From contig CM060732.1 in the NCBI GenBank assembly GCA_030704615.1, positions 65,162,001 through 65,226,000 of the forward strand: 64,000 bases of DNA, written 5' to 3'. The translations under genes and the position numbers were made by a program. This document shows, in pieces, positions 34,513-47,360 of the stretch. The stretch is from Takakia lepidozioides (lineage: Eukaryota > Plantae > Bryophyta). Positions within the stretch are counted from its first letter, which is position 1. Every line of letters starts with the position of its first letter. Below the pieces are notes generated by a model. The model saw only the letters and a list, made by a program, of their open reading frames with translations, was not told the origin of the DNA and searched no databases.

Positions 34513-36936
34513 CTATGCCATGTAGCTAATGGGAGCCAGTGTCTCTTGCAAAGGGCTCAACTGCTCTTCCACACGTTTCTGCGCCTTCAGACGAAGCTGC
34601 ACCAGCTGCTTCTTCCGCTCGTAGAACACCTTAGACTTGGCTTTCCGCTTTTCCTCCAACTCCTGCACAAGTGCATGAACCCACACGTAAATGCACACAT
34701 CAACAGTCACAAAGGAGTGAGTGGACGTGCCATATATGCACATCATTTTGGATGTTCCTATGCCCATGAACCTGGTCTGGTGCATTCAAAACCAGCTGTC
34801 CAATTGCTCATATGCTGCAGCTAACAAGACCTTCCAAGACACAAAGGCACGAACACAAGTAAGAACTGTACTAAGTCACAGAGACTCGTAAGCTGTTGCT
34901 TCGTCCTGATGTAGGTCTACTCTTCTTGCTTCTTAGCTTGTTTAGGAGACCTTAGCTATTCCAGTTGTTCTTATCTTGCACAGCATGTAGTTCAGCAGTG
35001 ACAACATCATAGATCTCCTAAACAAATGGAAACTGGAAACAAAGATACCCATGGTTCCCCGGGTACTCATTCAGCCACAGGCAGACTTTCAAGAAAAGGA
35101 CAAAGGACACAACAATAACTCATACCTTAATGGTGTCATAGTGGTGCCAGCCAACCTCGGTAGACAAGCGTCCAAGCAAACAGAACTTATGCCCTGGTTG
35201 TAACCTCAAAACCCTGTATGCATAAAACCCCACCAAAATACCTAACATGAGGCCCAAAACCTCATGTGCACAAACCTGTGGATATCAATGTGAGAGCATT
35301 TGAGAGGTCGCCCGATGATATTGAACAAACCCAGTGTTTGGTGGGAGAAAGCTTTCTACAGGATAAAACCTTTAACTCTTAAGACAAGCCACTAGAAGTA
35401 CTCTTGCTTGGACGAAAAAAGCAGACAGTCACTGAGAGTGAGTATTGACTTGTCAACCGCTCACTTGAGAGCATCTGGTATCACCATCCTCTTCATCTTG
35501 TCATAGGGTGCAGGAACCCCTTCAAAGGCCTTCAAGCGCTCCAATGCAGCAGCCCCACGCTTTGTCATGTGTGGGACCATCCTGCCACCAGGAAATAAAA
35601 GAATTCAGCAAGCAGATCATCTGATATCCTGCTGGAATGCTACTGCAAGGGGCCGAAGATAAACCAGTAGCATTTGTCACAGGGCATCACTTCTTTTGAC
35701 CACATTCACAGAGCTAGTATATGTACAAACATACGAACTGACTAGAAACCCCCCTACAGAGTTAGCCATACTTGGCTTAGCTTACACCATATTCACATAC
35801 ACTGTTGTGATACAGTTGCTCGCAATAAATATGCTAAAACTGACACAAAAGCAAAACAAACAACACCAAACCTTTACAATCAATAGGGCTGCAACAAACA
35901 TTTTCCAAAAACAATAGAGTACCAAAGCATTTAGGTCTGGTAATGCATATTGAGTGGTCAACAAGCTCTTCCATTTAGCATGTTAAGTGCCAGGGTGAAA
36001 CAAATATAGTGTTTCAAAATAACTAGAAGTGGTTTACTCAGCCAGATTGAGAGAACTTGTGCAATCATCATATTTTCAACGTAGTAGAGCAGATGACATA
36101 GTTCTCACTTATTAAGACACCAGTTGCAGCTATGCAAACCAAAGATGCAAAGCAAAACTGCGCCGTGAAGTCATCCTTGACTCCAGCGTCTTCCATGCTT
36201 ACCAGCACTGAATTGCTGCCAGACCAAGCCTCTAGGGTTTAGAAATCCCTGATCTTGGATGTTTTCCGAGAACACTCAATGTGTTGCGGGGATTTCATTC
36301 TAAAAACTCACCCGCGAAGAGTCCTCCATAGAATACGGGAAGGTGAGCGAAAGTGGATAGGACCCTTGCTAGGCTTGGTGTTCATCCTCTTTCTTAGAAA
36401 TCGCAGATACTTCATTTTCTGTCGGACAAGTCCCCCTGACAAGCAAATCTCCTCGCACCGAACAACAACCTGTGGGACAAATAAACATGATCACATACAT
36501 TTCCCTTCTCATTTCCTGTCCGACAATGCCCTCGTAGAACAAACCATACGCTTGGGTGCAGTCGCCTCAAGGGTGAAGTCCATTGCGAAATCGACCGTCT
36601 TGGAGCTAATTGCCAGAGTTTCTATCTGAAAACCGAAATTTCCACGGCTCTCACGCGCAGCCGATGAAAACAGTTTTCAGCCAGACAATGTGATGCACTC
36701 ATTAGACGTCACTATTCGTACATTTGTAGCCTGACCATCCCGGCACAGAGGAGGGAAGAAAACGAAATAAAATTCGAGGCCCTGCGATTTACAGCACACT
36801 CCAGCCAAAAGAGAGAACTTACCACGCGCTGGCCATTCAAAAGCTCCTTGGCCAGGATGGAGGCCAGACGGCCTAGCATGTGGTGGCGCGCATCGACGAC
36901 CACCACCTTCGCACACAGGCCCGACCCCGACACCAT
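34513..36936 (-). CDS. RPL13A: 60S ribosomal protein L13a (uL13)
   Basis: Exons 36936-36823, 36469-36312, 35581-35465, 35213-35126 and 34662-34513, all GT-AG. Peptides [89 protein letters not shown]. Confidence 0.97.
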
Positions 36937-36989
36937 GGCTAGCAGCTCGCAACGCCCTCCAAGCTCCAGGCTATGGCGGTGTGCATGCA

Positions 36990-37020
36990 GCGCGAAAGAG
37001 AGACCCTATCAAACCCTAGC
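36990..37020 (-). promoter_or_regulatory. Telo-box and pyrimidine-rich (TOP/TCT-like) start region of RPL13A in a divergent promoter
   Basis: AAACCCTA at 37011-37018 next to TCTCTCTTTC on the minus strand. Telo-boxes are typical of plant ribosomal-protein promoters. Confidence 0.6.
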
Positions 37021-37951
37021 CGCTCTTCAATGGCCCTGGCTTCGGTCCTAACCTAGTTTTGGACCACGAACCTGAGCCTGAATATCAGGCTCGGAACTCC
37101 CCAACCACTCGGCGCCCGCCCTGGATTCGCTGCTAGATCCGCCTGCCGGTTCAGCAGGTCACCCGGTGTCGTCGATGAACAGACTAATTTATGAGTACGC
37201 TTTGCATCCCTTTTATATATCATTCATCCATCCTCCCCGCCATAGCTATCTCTGGAGCTGACGGCGCAGACATGGTGCTTAGGGTTATGGCCGACACCCT
37301 CATCATCTCCATCGTCTCTCTCATGCCTCGCTAGATTCTTTCATATTTACGCTGTTTGCTTTTACAAAATTCGAGTACGGTTAAGTATTGGTCTTCCCGA
37401 CTTCAAGTTCAGCTTTCTTTCTCTCTTTTCAGATTTTCAAATATCTGAGCTGAGCTGGGCTTGGTTATACAGGTCTCCTGGCTGTTACGGATTTTTCCCT
37501 CTTGCGAGTTTCTTTTTTTCATTTCGAAGCCCACAGTTGTACATACTTTCTCCTATGCTGACGAAACTGTGTCTGTCGCCTCTCCCCTGGGTAGTCTCTG
37601 CTGCCTGCGCACTCATATATTAGATTCGAAAACTACTGTTAGTAGTTTTGTCTCTGTAGCCTTTCGAGTTCTCGAGGGGTTCTAGTGCCCTCGAGGAGTT
37701 ACAAGTTGCGCACTTATCTCTCGAGACTCTTCTGTCTGCCACACTTTTCTCACTAAATCTCGGGTCTCCCTGTGTATTTAAAGGACTCAGCCTCACGCCG
37801 GTCTCCTCTTCTTTCGCTAGGTGTTTGTCTCTGTAGCTCGTTTGTGTCTTCTATCTCTTTGAGAGGGTCTTGTACCACCTGTGGTTTGCCAACAGTACAG
37901 TTCTTTCTTATCTTGAAGCTCCCCCTTTTTTCTGTTTCGGACGGATCGTAG

Positions 37952-40114
37952 ATGGATCCTTATGGGCCCCCTCGTAAGAGGCCAAGACCTGAGATGACAT
38001 CGAATGGAGGTAATGGGACTAACGGAGCGGGGAGTCAACCTAACGCAGACCTTGAATGTAAGGTTCTCTCTTTTTTTTATCCAAGTTTGTGCGCTTTTCT
38101 GCTTTCGACGTATCTTCACAGCCTTTGCAGTAACGTCTATGTTGAGCGTATTCGCAGTTGGTTCGTTGTATTCCCTCTCGCTCCCTGTGTCTGTGTGAAG
38201 GAAGTGCTACCACTCTGTTACACTCTGCACATCGCAACACAATAGGAGGAGAGCGTGCTTTTGGTTATTTTATATTGTCGAGCCCACACTTGTCTTTCCC
38301 TCCTTCACTTTTTTTTGGAACCAATCTCCTGGAGCTTTCCAGAGTATCGTGCTGTGCATAATTTCTTTTATTCATATCAAGCATGAGCGTGAGAGCAAGG
38401 TAACGAACATTAGTGTCACACTGAGTATGATACAGGCTAAGAACGGACTCGCCCAGAATGTACGTCAACTGCACGCTCTTGTCTTCTCTGGTCCCTCACT
38501 CAGTTGTCTTGTGTATGTCTTTTGGCTGCACATCTACTTTCGTATGCTTTTTGTATCCATCTGAGTGCGTGGGTGTCCAAAACAACTATCTGCTGTCCTT
38601 TAACTTGCAATGGCAGGATTAATGGAAAGGACTTTCAGGCAATCTAGAGTTGTCCCTGTACGAAATAACGAATAGATCGAGAATCTGGGTTTAACATACC
38701 GTCCATGATTCCTTGGTTTGAAGGGGGATGTTATGGTTATGGCATCGGCACTATCTGAATGGTAGGTGGGTGTTGGGGTTGGCAATGTGTAGACAAACCA
38801 GACCTTGGAGGCTCAGGCACCCGAACTAAGCCCTGTACCAAGTTCTTCAGGTACCTTATTTTCTATTTCGCATAATGGTACGAGTGTCTCACATGTTGGA
38901 TGCTACGTCGTAAGGACAAGTTGACTGGTTTTATGTTTTATCATGATAGAAATCCGGATGGTGTCAAGTCCTCTGTTTTATTCATAAATTAATGTAGGCG
39001 TGAGCATGATGTTTAGCAGTTTTCAAAGTTTGGAAGTATACTCTTCAGTCTGTATCTGAAGTTTAGGAAAGCATGTGCCACGTTTTTACTGACTTCAAGC
39101 TATAAGTAGCAAGTATTTCTTGATCTGAACTTCCTGTTGCTTGGAAGAATGGAGAGAAGTTCCTGTAGTAAAGCTTGAACTCTTGAGATTTCCCTCTTCC
39201 TAGACCAGACCTGATGTTGATGTTGTGTGTGCAGCACATCTGGGTGCCCCTATGGTGAAGGCTGCCACTTTCTGCATTACGTACCTGGAGGTGTGGCAGG
39301 CATGGGGGGTTTGGCACCCCTGGCCAATGTGGGAAGCATGGGCGGCACAGGTGCACGGAAGGTTGTGGGTGGGTTAGGACCAGATGACCAGGGGGCCAAC
39401 CTGGGAGGCTTCAAAACCCGGCTCTGCAACCGATTTGACACAGCTGAGGGCTGTCGCTTTGGTGACAAATGTCACTTTGCCCATGGTGAGAAGGAGCTTC
39501 GGAAATCACACAGTTCAGGCTTACCCCCACTTGACAGGGACACTTACTCTTCTTTTGATTACTCCAGGGCGCCAGGTCCTGCTTCTTCAGTGTCCTACCG
39601 AGGAGGTATGTATGGCTCAGAAGCAGGCCGGTTTGGAGGAGCAGTCCGGGAACGTGATGTTGGCGGTGGCAGTCGCTTTGGTGGTTCATCTTCGTACCGT
39701 GAGCCAACACCCCCTGGCATGGCTGCAGCTGCTTCGTTTGGGGCCTCATCCACTGCCAAGATCAGTATCGAAGCCTCGCTGGCAGGTGCAATCATTGGCA
39801 AGGGAGGCATTAATGCAAAGCAGATTTGCCGGCTCACAGGGGCAAAGCTCTCCATCAGGGAGCACGAGTCAGATCCAACACTGCGGAATGTGGAGATGGA
39901 AGGGTCGTTTGAGCAGATCAAGCAAGCTAGCCAAATGGTCCGCCAGGTGTTGATGCAGCGGGACAATGTACCTGCCCGCCCCAGTGGTGGTTTTGGCTCT
40001 CACAACTTCAAAACTAAACTGTGTGAGAATTACTCGCAAGGGACCTGTACATTTGGCGAGCGCTGCCACTTTGCTCATGGTGCAGCCGAACTGAGGGATG
40101 CGCTGCGCTCTTGA
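37952..40114 (+). CDS. CCCH zinc finger / KH-domain RNA-binding protein (KHZ / C3H36-C3H52-like)
   Basis: Exons 37952-38057, 38802-38850 and 39235-40114. Three C-x7/8-C-x5-C-x3-H fingers (TKPCTKFFSTSGCPYGEGCHFLH; KTRLCNRF..CHFAH; KTKLCENY..CHFAH) and a KH GxxG loop (AIIGKGG). Confidence 0.95.
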
Positions 40115-42651
40115 GAGGACCTCTGCCTGCATGCCGGCCAGGTAATGGTACGGGTCAAATGGGGGGGAGTCTGCAGGTTGCTGTGTCCTGTCCTTGTCTC
40201 ATTAACCCACGCTGGCAAATGTAGCAAGGAGGGAATGAAATTTCGGGAATCTCACATTCACAGAAATGGGAAACCTCTGAAAGGAACAGCAAACTGGATT
40301 CCCAGATTTCACCAGTGAGAAGGAGAATGAAGAAATGGCGTTTATGGGGACAGTTAGAGTCCAGTAGATGTAGCCAAGATAAGTTAAGTCACCCACAAGC
40401 TTTGATAAGGGTCTGTAGAGGAGTATCGGGTCTGTCGAAGAGATTCTGGCATTGGTCAAAGAAGGGTCAACTTCACCGAATTTTAAGGCTCTTAAGGCTT
40501 CATTTAATTTTGGGCTGCGTAAGATTTAACGTCACATGTGTTTTGAAGGTTGTTTGGCAACTTGTTCAATAATTTTCTAAAGTGTTGCACAACTTATCTT
40601 TTATGGAATTCATCAAGTTGACGTATATCAAGAACTTCACTGAGCTGTGTAATTGGAAGAATACCGTGGAGATACACAATTGAGCCTGAAAAAGCGGGGC
40701 GGGCCGGAAGGAGGGGGGGTTTGTTTCCTGCAAACATGATGTCATCTTGGGTACTGATCTTAAGATTTGTGGCCATTTAGTATGTGGTTCACGCTTTTGT
40801 TCCCTTTAACAGTCATAGTTGAAGCCCTTACCTTAAAACCAATGAAGGAGAGACAGACTGGATATTGATTTTCAAAGAGGGACCAAGGATGAAGATATTG
40901 TAAGGGTCCTTTTTGTAGATCACCAGTGTAGAACAAATAATAGGAAGCCTTTGGACTCCTTGCTTGTGTGGGTTTATGAACACATGAGGTCGTACCGTGG
41001 ACATGGAAGACGCTGAGCTCAGCAAGGAGACTGGTAAGGTTCAAATCCTGAATTGTTGTTGTCAAGACATCCCCAGGACCAGTAAAGCTCCCTTCTAACA
41101 TCTGTGGAGAGTTTGAAACTGGGGAGCAGATACTCGTGTTGCACAAGTTGGTTATGGTTAAAAAGACCAGTGGAGAGTCTAAATCACAAGTAGAAAACAG
41201 TGAAGCAGTCTTAGTGTTTAGTCTTTGGGTTCCATATCCAAAGCACCTAAACCACCTCCCTTGAATGGGCAGAAAAGATAAAGAGTCGGTATAATTTTCT
41301 TGAGAAAAATGTAAGAGAATGAGAAAATTTTAGTAGTCTTGCTTTGTGTCATGATAAAATGCCGGAATCCTTCTTCCCCATTGGCTGGGAGAGTTGGCTT
41401 CTCAGGAAGCCTGGTTGCCACATGGAGGATTTGTGGATGTTGGCATGAGGCTGAGACATGGTAAGAGTAGACACGTTTTGTACTTTTTAAGTCCTTATGG
41501 TGGTATTGGGCTTACTTCTGGAAAGTGAAGAGTTCGGCCCCTACAGGTGAGTGGCTGTCAATTACCACTAGTGTTTGCAAATGCACATAGTAAGACGCCA
41601 GGTCCCTTTATTGTTTTATGTTTTTATTATGAGAGTTTTGAAGTAAAGTTGGAACTTACTTCTACGAAGACTTTAGTGAAGAGGTTCTTAACATGCTTCT
41701 CGTAGTGAGTCACATTCAAATGAAGAGATCAACAAATCACTAAGGCAGTTAATTTGTTTTGCAATTTTCAACCTGCAGCTCACATATCCAATTCACTTAC
41801 AATCTGCAACTGACTAAGATTGGAGAAATTTGTACATTGATTATCTAGATAAGGATAACTCCAGAAAGTATATAAACTAAACTAATCTTGGACCTATGGG
41901 GTATTCTTTTGTTGGGAGCCTACTCAATAATTTGATCGGTTAGGAAAGGATAGTAGTTACCACTTAGGAGATTCAGTTGTATAGAATTGAGGTGTCTAGA
42001 CATCTTCCTAGTGCCTTACCCTCAGAGTATAGAAGATTGGGTCATAGTGATGGTGATATTCTTCATACTGAAGCTGCAAAGACAAAGACATCTCAGCAAA
42101 GCTTCATCCCAAGGCGAGTTTTTCCTTATCTTCAGCAGGCACCATCGAGGTGGTTAAAAGTGTTGGGTTTGGTTTGAGCTGATGGTACAAGCATGGAAGG
42201 GATGTAGTCCAGATGGTTTTGTAGTTTCTACCCAAGCATTTGCAGGAGGATGATGTAACTTCTATCATATTAGGTACTGACTTTTTGGTGTCCATATTTC
42301 GCTAATGTGTTTACTTCCATTGGTTGAGGAGTCTTCATCCTTGTCAGAATGTAGTCAATGATTCATGTCAGTTGACCATAGGAGGAAATCGCACTCCAGC
42401 TGTCCTTACACTTACACCAACAGTAAATATGGAATAATCAAACCAATGAGTTCGTGTTTGAACAAGAGAAATGGCACTTGTGTGAAAAGTTGTAACTGTC
42501 AATTATCATAAGGGGTCTAGGGAAGAATGTTGTTACAATATATGTGCTGTAGCTCAAGCCTATCTCACATTGGGCACTTTTTAAGGGGCACTTTTTTCGT
42601 GTAAAAAGTGAATATGATAGTCAAATGTGAAGGTTTAGGTGTCATCTTGGG

Positions 42652-42980
42652 ATAGATGGGTTGAAACCAATTTGGGTCTAGCTAGTTTTTTTTGTCAGAA
42701 GAACGTTGTTGGGTTAGTGATTGTATCTAAAACCAACAAACATCATTCAACTCGCCAAGAGAAGGGTTATTGTTTTCAAAGTGTAGGTAAACCACTGATC
42801 ATTTGGTGGCCCTGCCCCTTTGCGTAGATGGTTGAAACTTGAAACCAATTTGGGGCTAGCTAGTTTTTTATCTTGACAGAAGTACGTTGTTGGGTTAGTG
42901 ATTGTATCTAAAACCAACAACATCATTCAACTCGCCAAGAGAAGGGTTATTGTTTTCAAAGTGTAAACCACTGATCATCT
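42652..42980. repeat. Local tandem duplication of ~150 bp
   Basis: gaaaccaatttggg...aaaccactgatcat occurs at ~42663-42802 and ~42841-42979. Confidence 0.88.
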
Positions 42981-43599
42981 TAACCCTTAATTTCCCAAGC
43001 GACCTGAATCGGGTCACTCTGAATTTCCACTTCCACCTAATTTCAGCGGATCTCCTCTGATGGGGCCCACTCCTGAAGCTTTATGACAAAGGACTTGTCT
43101 TGAATATGATGCAAAAAGAAAAATTAAGAAAAAAAACAAAAGCTACCACCTACAGAAAATATCTGAGGTAACTATGTCAGATTTTGGCCTTGTATAGGGC
43201 TTGTTGACTGCTGACGCGCGGGTAAACAGGCCCAAATTTTAAAATCAATAAAGTTAGCCAAAATTTTTAAAAAAACAAATTGTAAAAAACCACTTCACCT
43301 TGTGGTGTGTGAGCATTACATACACACATCCACCGTTGGGTTTTAGAAATTTTGTAGAAAAAAACGACTTTCATTTGGAGGCACATTTTTCCTTGTCAAT
43401 TTTTAGATTTTAACCCCTTTGTAATTACATACAAAGCAACCATAGGAGAAAAAATCTGCTGGACCTGCAATTTAGAGGGGTTGTGGCCATTCCAGGATTT
43501 GTAAATGGTGGGTCTTGGGGCAAGCAAAATTATCTTTACTAATATAAGTGATGCTATTGGAGTGAGCCCCTTAAAAAGGTACGTAGCATCTATGTCCTT

Positions 43600-43687
43600 T
43601 TGTTCCTCACAAAACTGGACACGAGGTCGATGGCCACAAGGCTATGGCACTGAGCAAACAATGCCTTACGAGTACATTCTCTCTTTA
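43600..43687 (+). mobile_element. Degenerate 3' end of the (CT)n-associated LINE
   Basis: gatggccacaaggctatggca...gagtacattctctct. Confidence 0.7.
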
Positions 43688-44259
43688 TCTGTTAGACTAT
43701 AGGCTGGCAATCATAGGCTCAACATCTCCATCAATTATATCCATTCAGCCAGTTCCAGAAGCTTCAAACAGTTCAAGACGTTATCTTCTTTTTTTTGGGC
43801 AGTCTAGGCAGGCTCAAAAAAATTGACGACGACGAAACATGGCGACGAAATGTGGCTACAAAATATGGTGATGATGACATGGCACTGCAAGGATGCCATA
43901 TTCCTGCTTTGCACTAAACTAGTCTCTGACCTTCAGTCGTCACTAGAATAATCACTAGGACTACGCGTCGCTCCGCACTACTAGTGACGACTTCAAAGAA
44001 CATGTTCATTTTGATTGGAAATACATGTTATTCAAAAAACAATAGGAACAATGGAAGAACTTAATGCAGCGTGTGATTTGACTTTCGTCCGATTCAGGCG
44101 GCGTCCACATCTTAAGCTTTGTTGAGGAGAAAAAGACATTGAAACAACCGACTCTTCATCCGGGAAATTCATTCTGACTTGACTTGTGAGTCGCAGATTG
44201 AGTGGTTTCGTCGCAACCGCGAGTCGGGTTCGAAAATCAGCGGTTTACTACTACTAACT

Positions 44260-46000
44260 AGTGCAGGCGATCACCTGCCGCTGCACACGCTTTGGCACTC
44301 CACTGCGCATTGAACGCCTTCTTTTGTGCTCTCTCCTATTGTCATGCTCGTTTCTGATCCGCTGCCTCTTGTCGCTCAGCTACTCGTTCTGCCTTGGTAG
44401 CTACTCGCTCTTCTTTCTTGCATTCACGTGCTTGGATTGTTGTTTCTTTGAGACTTGCCTTCTATTCTAGTGCAGCCAAATACGTGTCTGAGGTCATCAT
44501 AATCGACTTGGAGTAGTCTATGATTGGTTCATTTAATTCGTTTCTCACCCTTCTGTGCTTGCCTATAGGTGCTTCAGGGAGAGTCAGGAAGCGGGATATG
44601 GTGGTTGGACGTCTGCCTAAGACCTGGGTCTGCACCCGGTCTGCACCATGGCACAGTCTTTGTCCTCATCCACCTGCCTTGACTCATGGCTTGACGGGAA
44701 TTCAGGTCCACTCCCACCTTGGTCTGCCTACCCCTGTTCATCGTCACCGCACTCCATCTCCACGAGTAGTGATGATGGTCCTCATGGGTCTCAGGTACAA
44801 TGTTGCCAAGAATCTCCTCCACATGCAATGCACCAAGTATGTGCTCGGCCTCTTCTGTTGTATTGTTCTCTTCGACTGTGGCTTGTGAGTCTTATGTTGC
44901 TGGTCGTGGTAGTGGTCTTCTAGTGGTCTGCTCTTCTTGTTCAAGCTGCGTGAAGGCCATACTATTTAGGGCCCATCTTTCTGTCCATCGCAGATGCATT
45001 CAGGAGCTAGATTCATGTAGCCCAGAACCCCTTCGGTATATTCTATCGTGTGAGTGTCATCTTCAAAGCTAGGCTCACGTCCTACTACTGCGCCAAGTCC
45101 TCTTTCTGTGGCCCCTTTCCTTTGTGAGCCATACTCCAAATACCCCTATACTTTCTGAATGAGATTTTAAACATTTTGAACACAATTACGTCAAGTGGCT
45201 GAAGTGCATGTGAGGTGTGAGACAGGAGTGTGATAAGATCTAGACCTACCGATCTTGCTTGTCTAACCATGTCCATAGTGACATGTGAATTATGGCCGTC
45301 AAGGATCATTAACAAGTGTCAGTTTGTCGCAGTAATTTCATTGCCCATGGCTTTGTTGATTCAATGAAATGATAAATCCACTTACTAAACCTTACTAAAC
45401 AATATGTTTGTCATCCATGCTTTCTTCTGCACTTCCATTGCTGCTCCTAATTTGCATCTTGCAATGTAGTTCTTGCTTAATCGTTTTTTCTTGAATATAC
45501 AAAAATTAGGAATGTGACCAGGTCCTGCTGCATTCATGCAGGTTAAAACGCTGAGCCGTTCTCGCTGATCTGGAGTAATCGAGTGTACAGCTCTTGTCCC
45601 TGTTTTGGCAAGCACCACAACACCACCATTCCTTCCAGCCTGGCAGCTCGATTCATCCCAGTTCCAAATTCTGAAGGCGTCATAGTTATACTTCTTGTAG
45701 TTAGTGTAGAAAGATTTAACATTCGCAAGGAAAAGCCCTCCCTATCTCTAGCCCTTGAGACACCCTCAAGCTCAGATATGGATGCCTCCTCCTGCACCAT
45801 GTAATCCAACCCCAGCCCGAGATTCCTTGCTTATAAAATGGTCTCATTCATTCCTGAGTTATTTCAGCAAGGCTTCAGCCGTAACTGAGTGAGTGTAAGA
45901 GGATGTCCGATCTCCTGCATTCTTTCTATGTACTTGACCAGCTCCGATTCTTCAGCAGCATCCAGTGTGCCTTTGGTACCCCTACGTGGTGTGGTTGTCA
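44260..46000 (-). pseudogene. pogo/Fot1-type (HTH-CENPB + DDE_1) transposase relic
   Basis: EESELVKYIERMQEIGHPLT (HTH); IWNWDES; ERLSVLTCMNAAG; LILDGHNSH; SHTSHALQPLDV. Frameshifts and stops throughout. Confidence 0.8.
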
Positions 46001-46874
46001 TACCATACACATGATTTCTCAAGCTTGATACAGGTATACCAAAGGATCACTTGGCAGCTGCTCGCAAGTGCTCTCCACGATCAACTGCTGCCATGGCCCC
46101 AACAAGTGCCTCATCCGACCAATTCCCGTTTTTCCGAACCCTTGGTCCAGCTCTCTTGGGGCGGCCACCCCGATTCCGAGCCTATGGAGGTGTAGTGTTG
46201 TCATCAAAGTTGGGTCGTCCACGTTCAGCCACTGGTCATTGATCTTGGTCCCGCATGTTAGTATCTCCCGATGTAGTATCCTCCAAACCTTGTCCAGCAT
46301 TGAATTGTACACTGGCCCAAGGATCTTGCCCCACTGAAAATTTGGATCATTGTCATCACTAGCTAGTCAAACTGCCCTCATGTGAATGCCTATCATTGTA
46401 AATGTCTCTCTCTTGCCCTGAATCGCTGGAATGACTGTCAATATGTGAATCGTCCTCTACCTCAATTTCAGGTAGCAACCTGAATGCCTGAGAAGGCCTA
46501 AAATCGAAATCCATGACCACAAGTAGAAATTGAGTAGCACGGGCTACGCATGTGTGTTATAAAAGTGCAGTGTACAATAATTTACGCTTGAGAGATGTTT
46601 GCTATAACTTAGTGTTCAAGTCACCAAGTAAGTTAGTTATATTTTGGGTGACCATAAGTTGGGTCTACTGCACATACTGCATAGGAAGTTATGTACCGCC
46701 ACTTTTGATATTCATATCCATTGACCACTTGCATCACAAATTTTGAAATTCATATGAGGCCCTGTTTGTTGTATTGCTAATCCAACGATATAATTCTCTC
46801 CTCGCTATACCTTTTGTATGAGTCATAATGCTTAAATGCACACTTTTGGGTGTTTCTACCTTAGTTTTTGACCT

Positions 46875-47210
46875 TCAGGGGAGCAGGAGTACTGGGAACA
46901 CGAACACAAAGGGAGCAAGAGCAATAACAGGGGAGCGGCAAAGCAATAATACAGGGGAGCAGAAGCAGTAATAGGGAGCAATATCAGGGGATCACGAATT
47001 CTGGGGAAGGAGCATAGGGGAGCAGTGGAGCAGTAAATACAGGGAACGGAAGCAGTAACAGGAGCAATATGAGATGAGCACAAACATAAAGAAGGGAGTA
47101 CAATAACAGGGGAGCGGCGAAATAGTACCAGAGGGGTGTGGAAGCAATAAATAACATGGAGCGGTATATATGTGGGAACAGAGGAGCAACGATTGGGAAC
47201 AGGGCAACAA
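46875..47210. repeat. Degenerate ~20-bp minisatellite (CAGGGGAGCAGAAGCAGTAA-like)
   Basis: About 15 diverged units. Confidence 0.75.
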
Positions 47211-47299
47211 CTTCAAGGACTTAGAATTGTTTTTTGAAGATACACGAATTTTATATTAACTTCTTCACATCATTGAACATACCAATTCATGAACAACAC

Positions 47300-47360
47300 C
47301 TTGGTTGAGGTTTGAACCCACATTCTGGCATATCAATCACTGCACTCAACCACCCATCAA
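47300..47360 (-). repeat. Degenerate tRNA-like/SINE head
   Basis: Minus strand GGGTGGTTGAGT...GGGTTCAAACCTC gives A/B-box-like spacing, but no full cloverleaf. Confidence 0.3.

Noticed and set aside
36035-36072. C/D snoRNA candidate in RPL13A intron 2 (ATGATGA...CTGA on the minus strand with a short 18S-like complement)
   Set aside because: The C and D boxes are only ~25 nt apart, and no terminal D box or terminal stem was found.
39277-40132. Antisense and alternative-frame ORFs over the CCCH-KH exon, the LINEs and the Gypsy Pol
   Set aside because: Shadow ORFs of real coding sequence, with no motifs.
47300-47360. Functional tRNA gene (also 59715-59772)
   Set aside because: A/B-box-like motifs only; the acceptor and anticodon stems do not pair.
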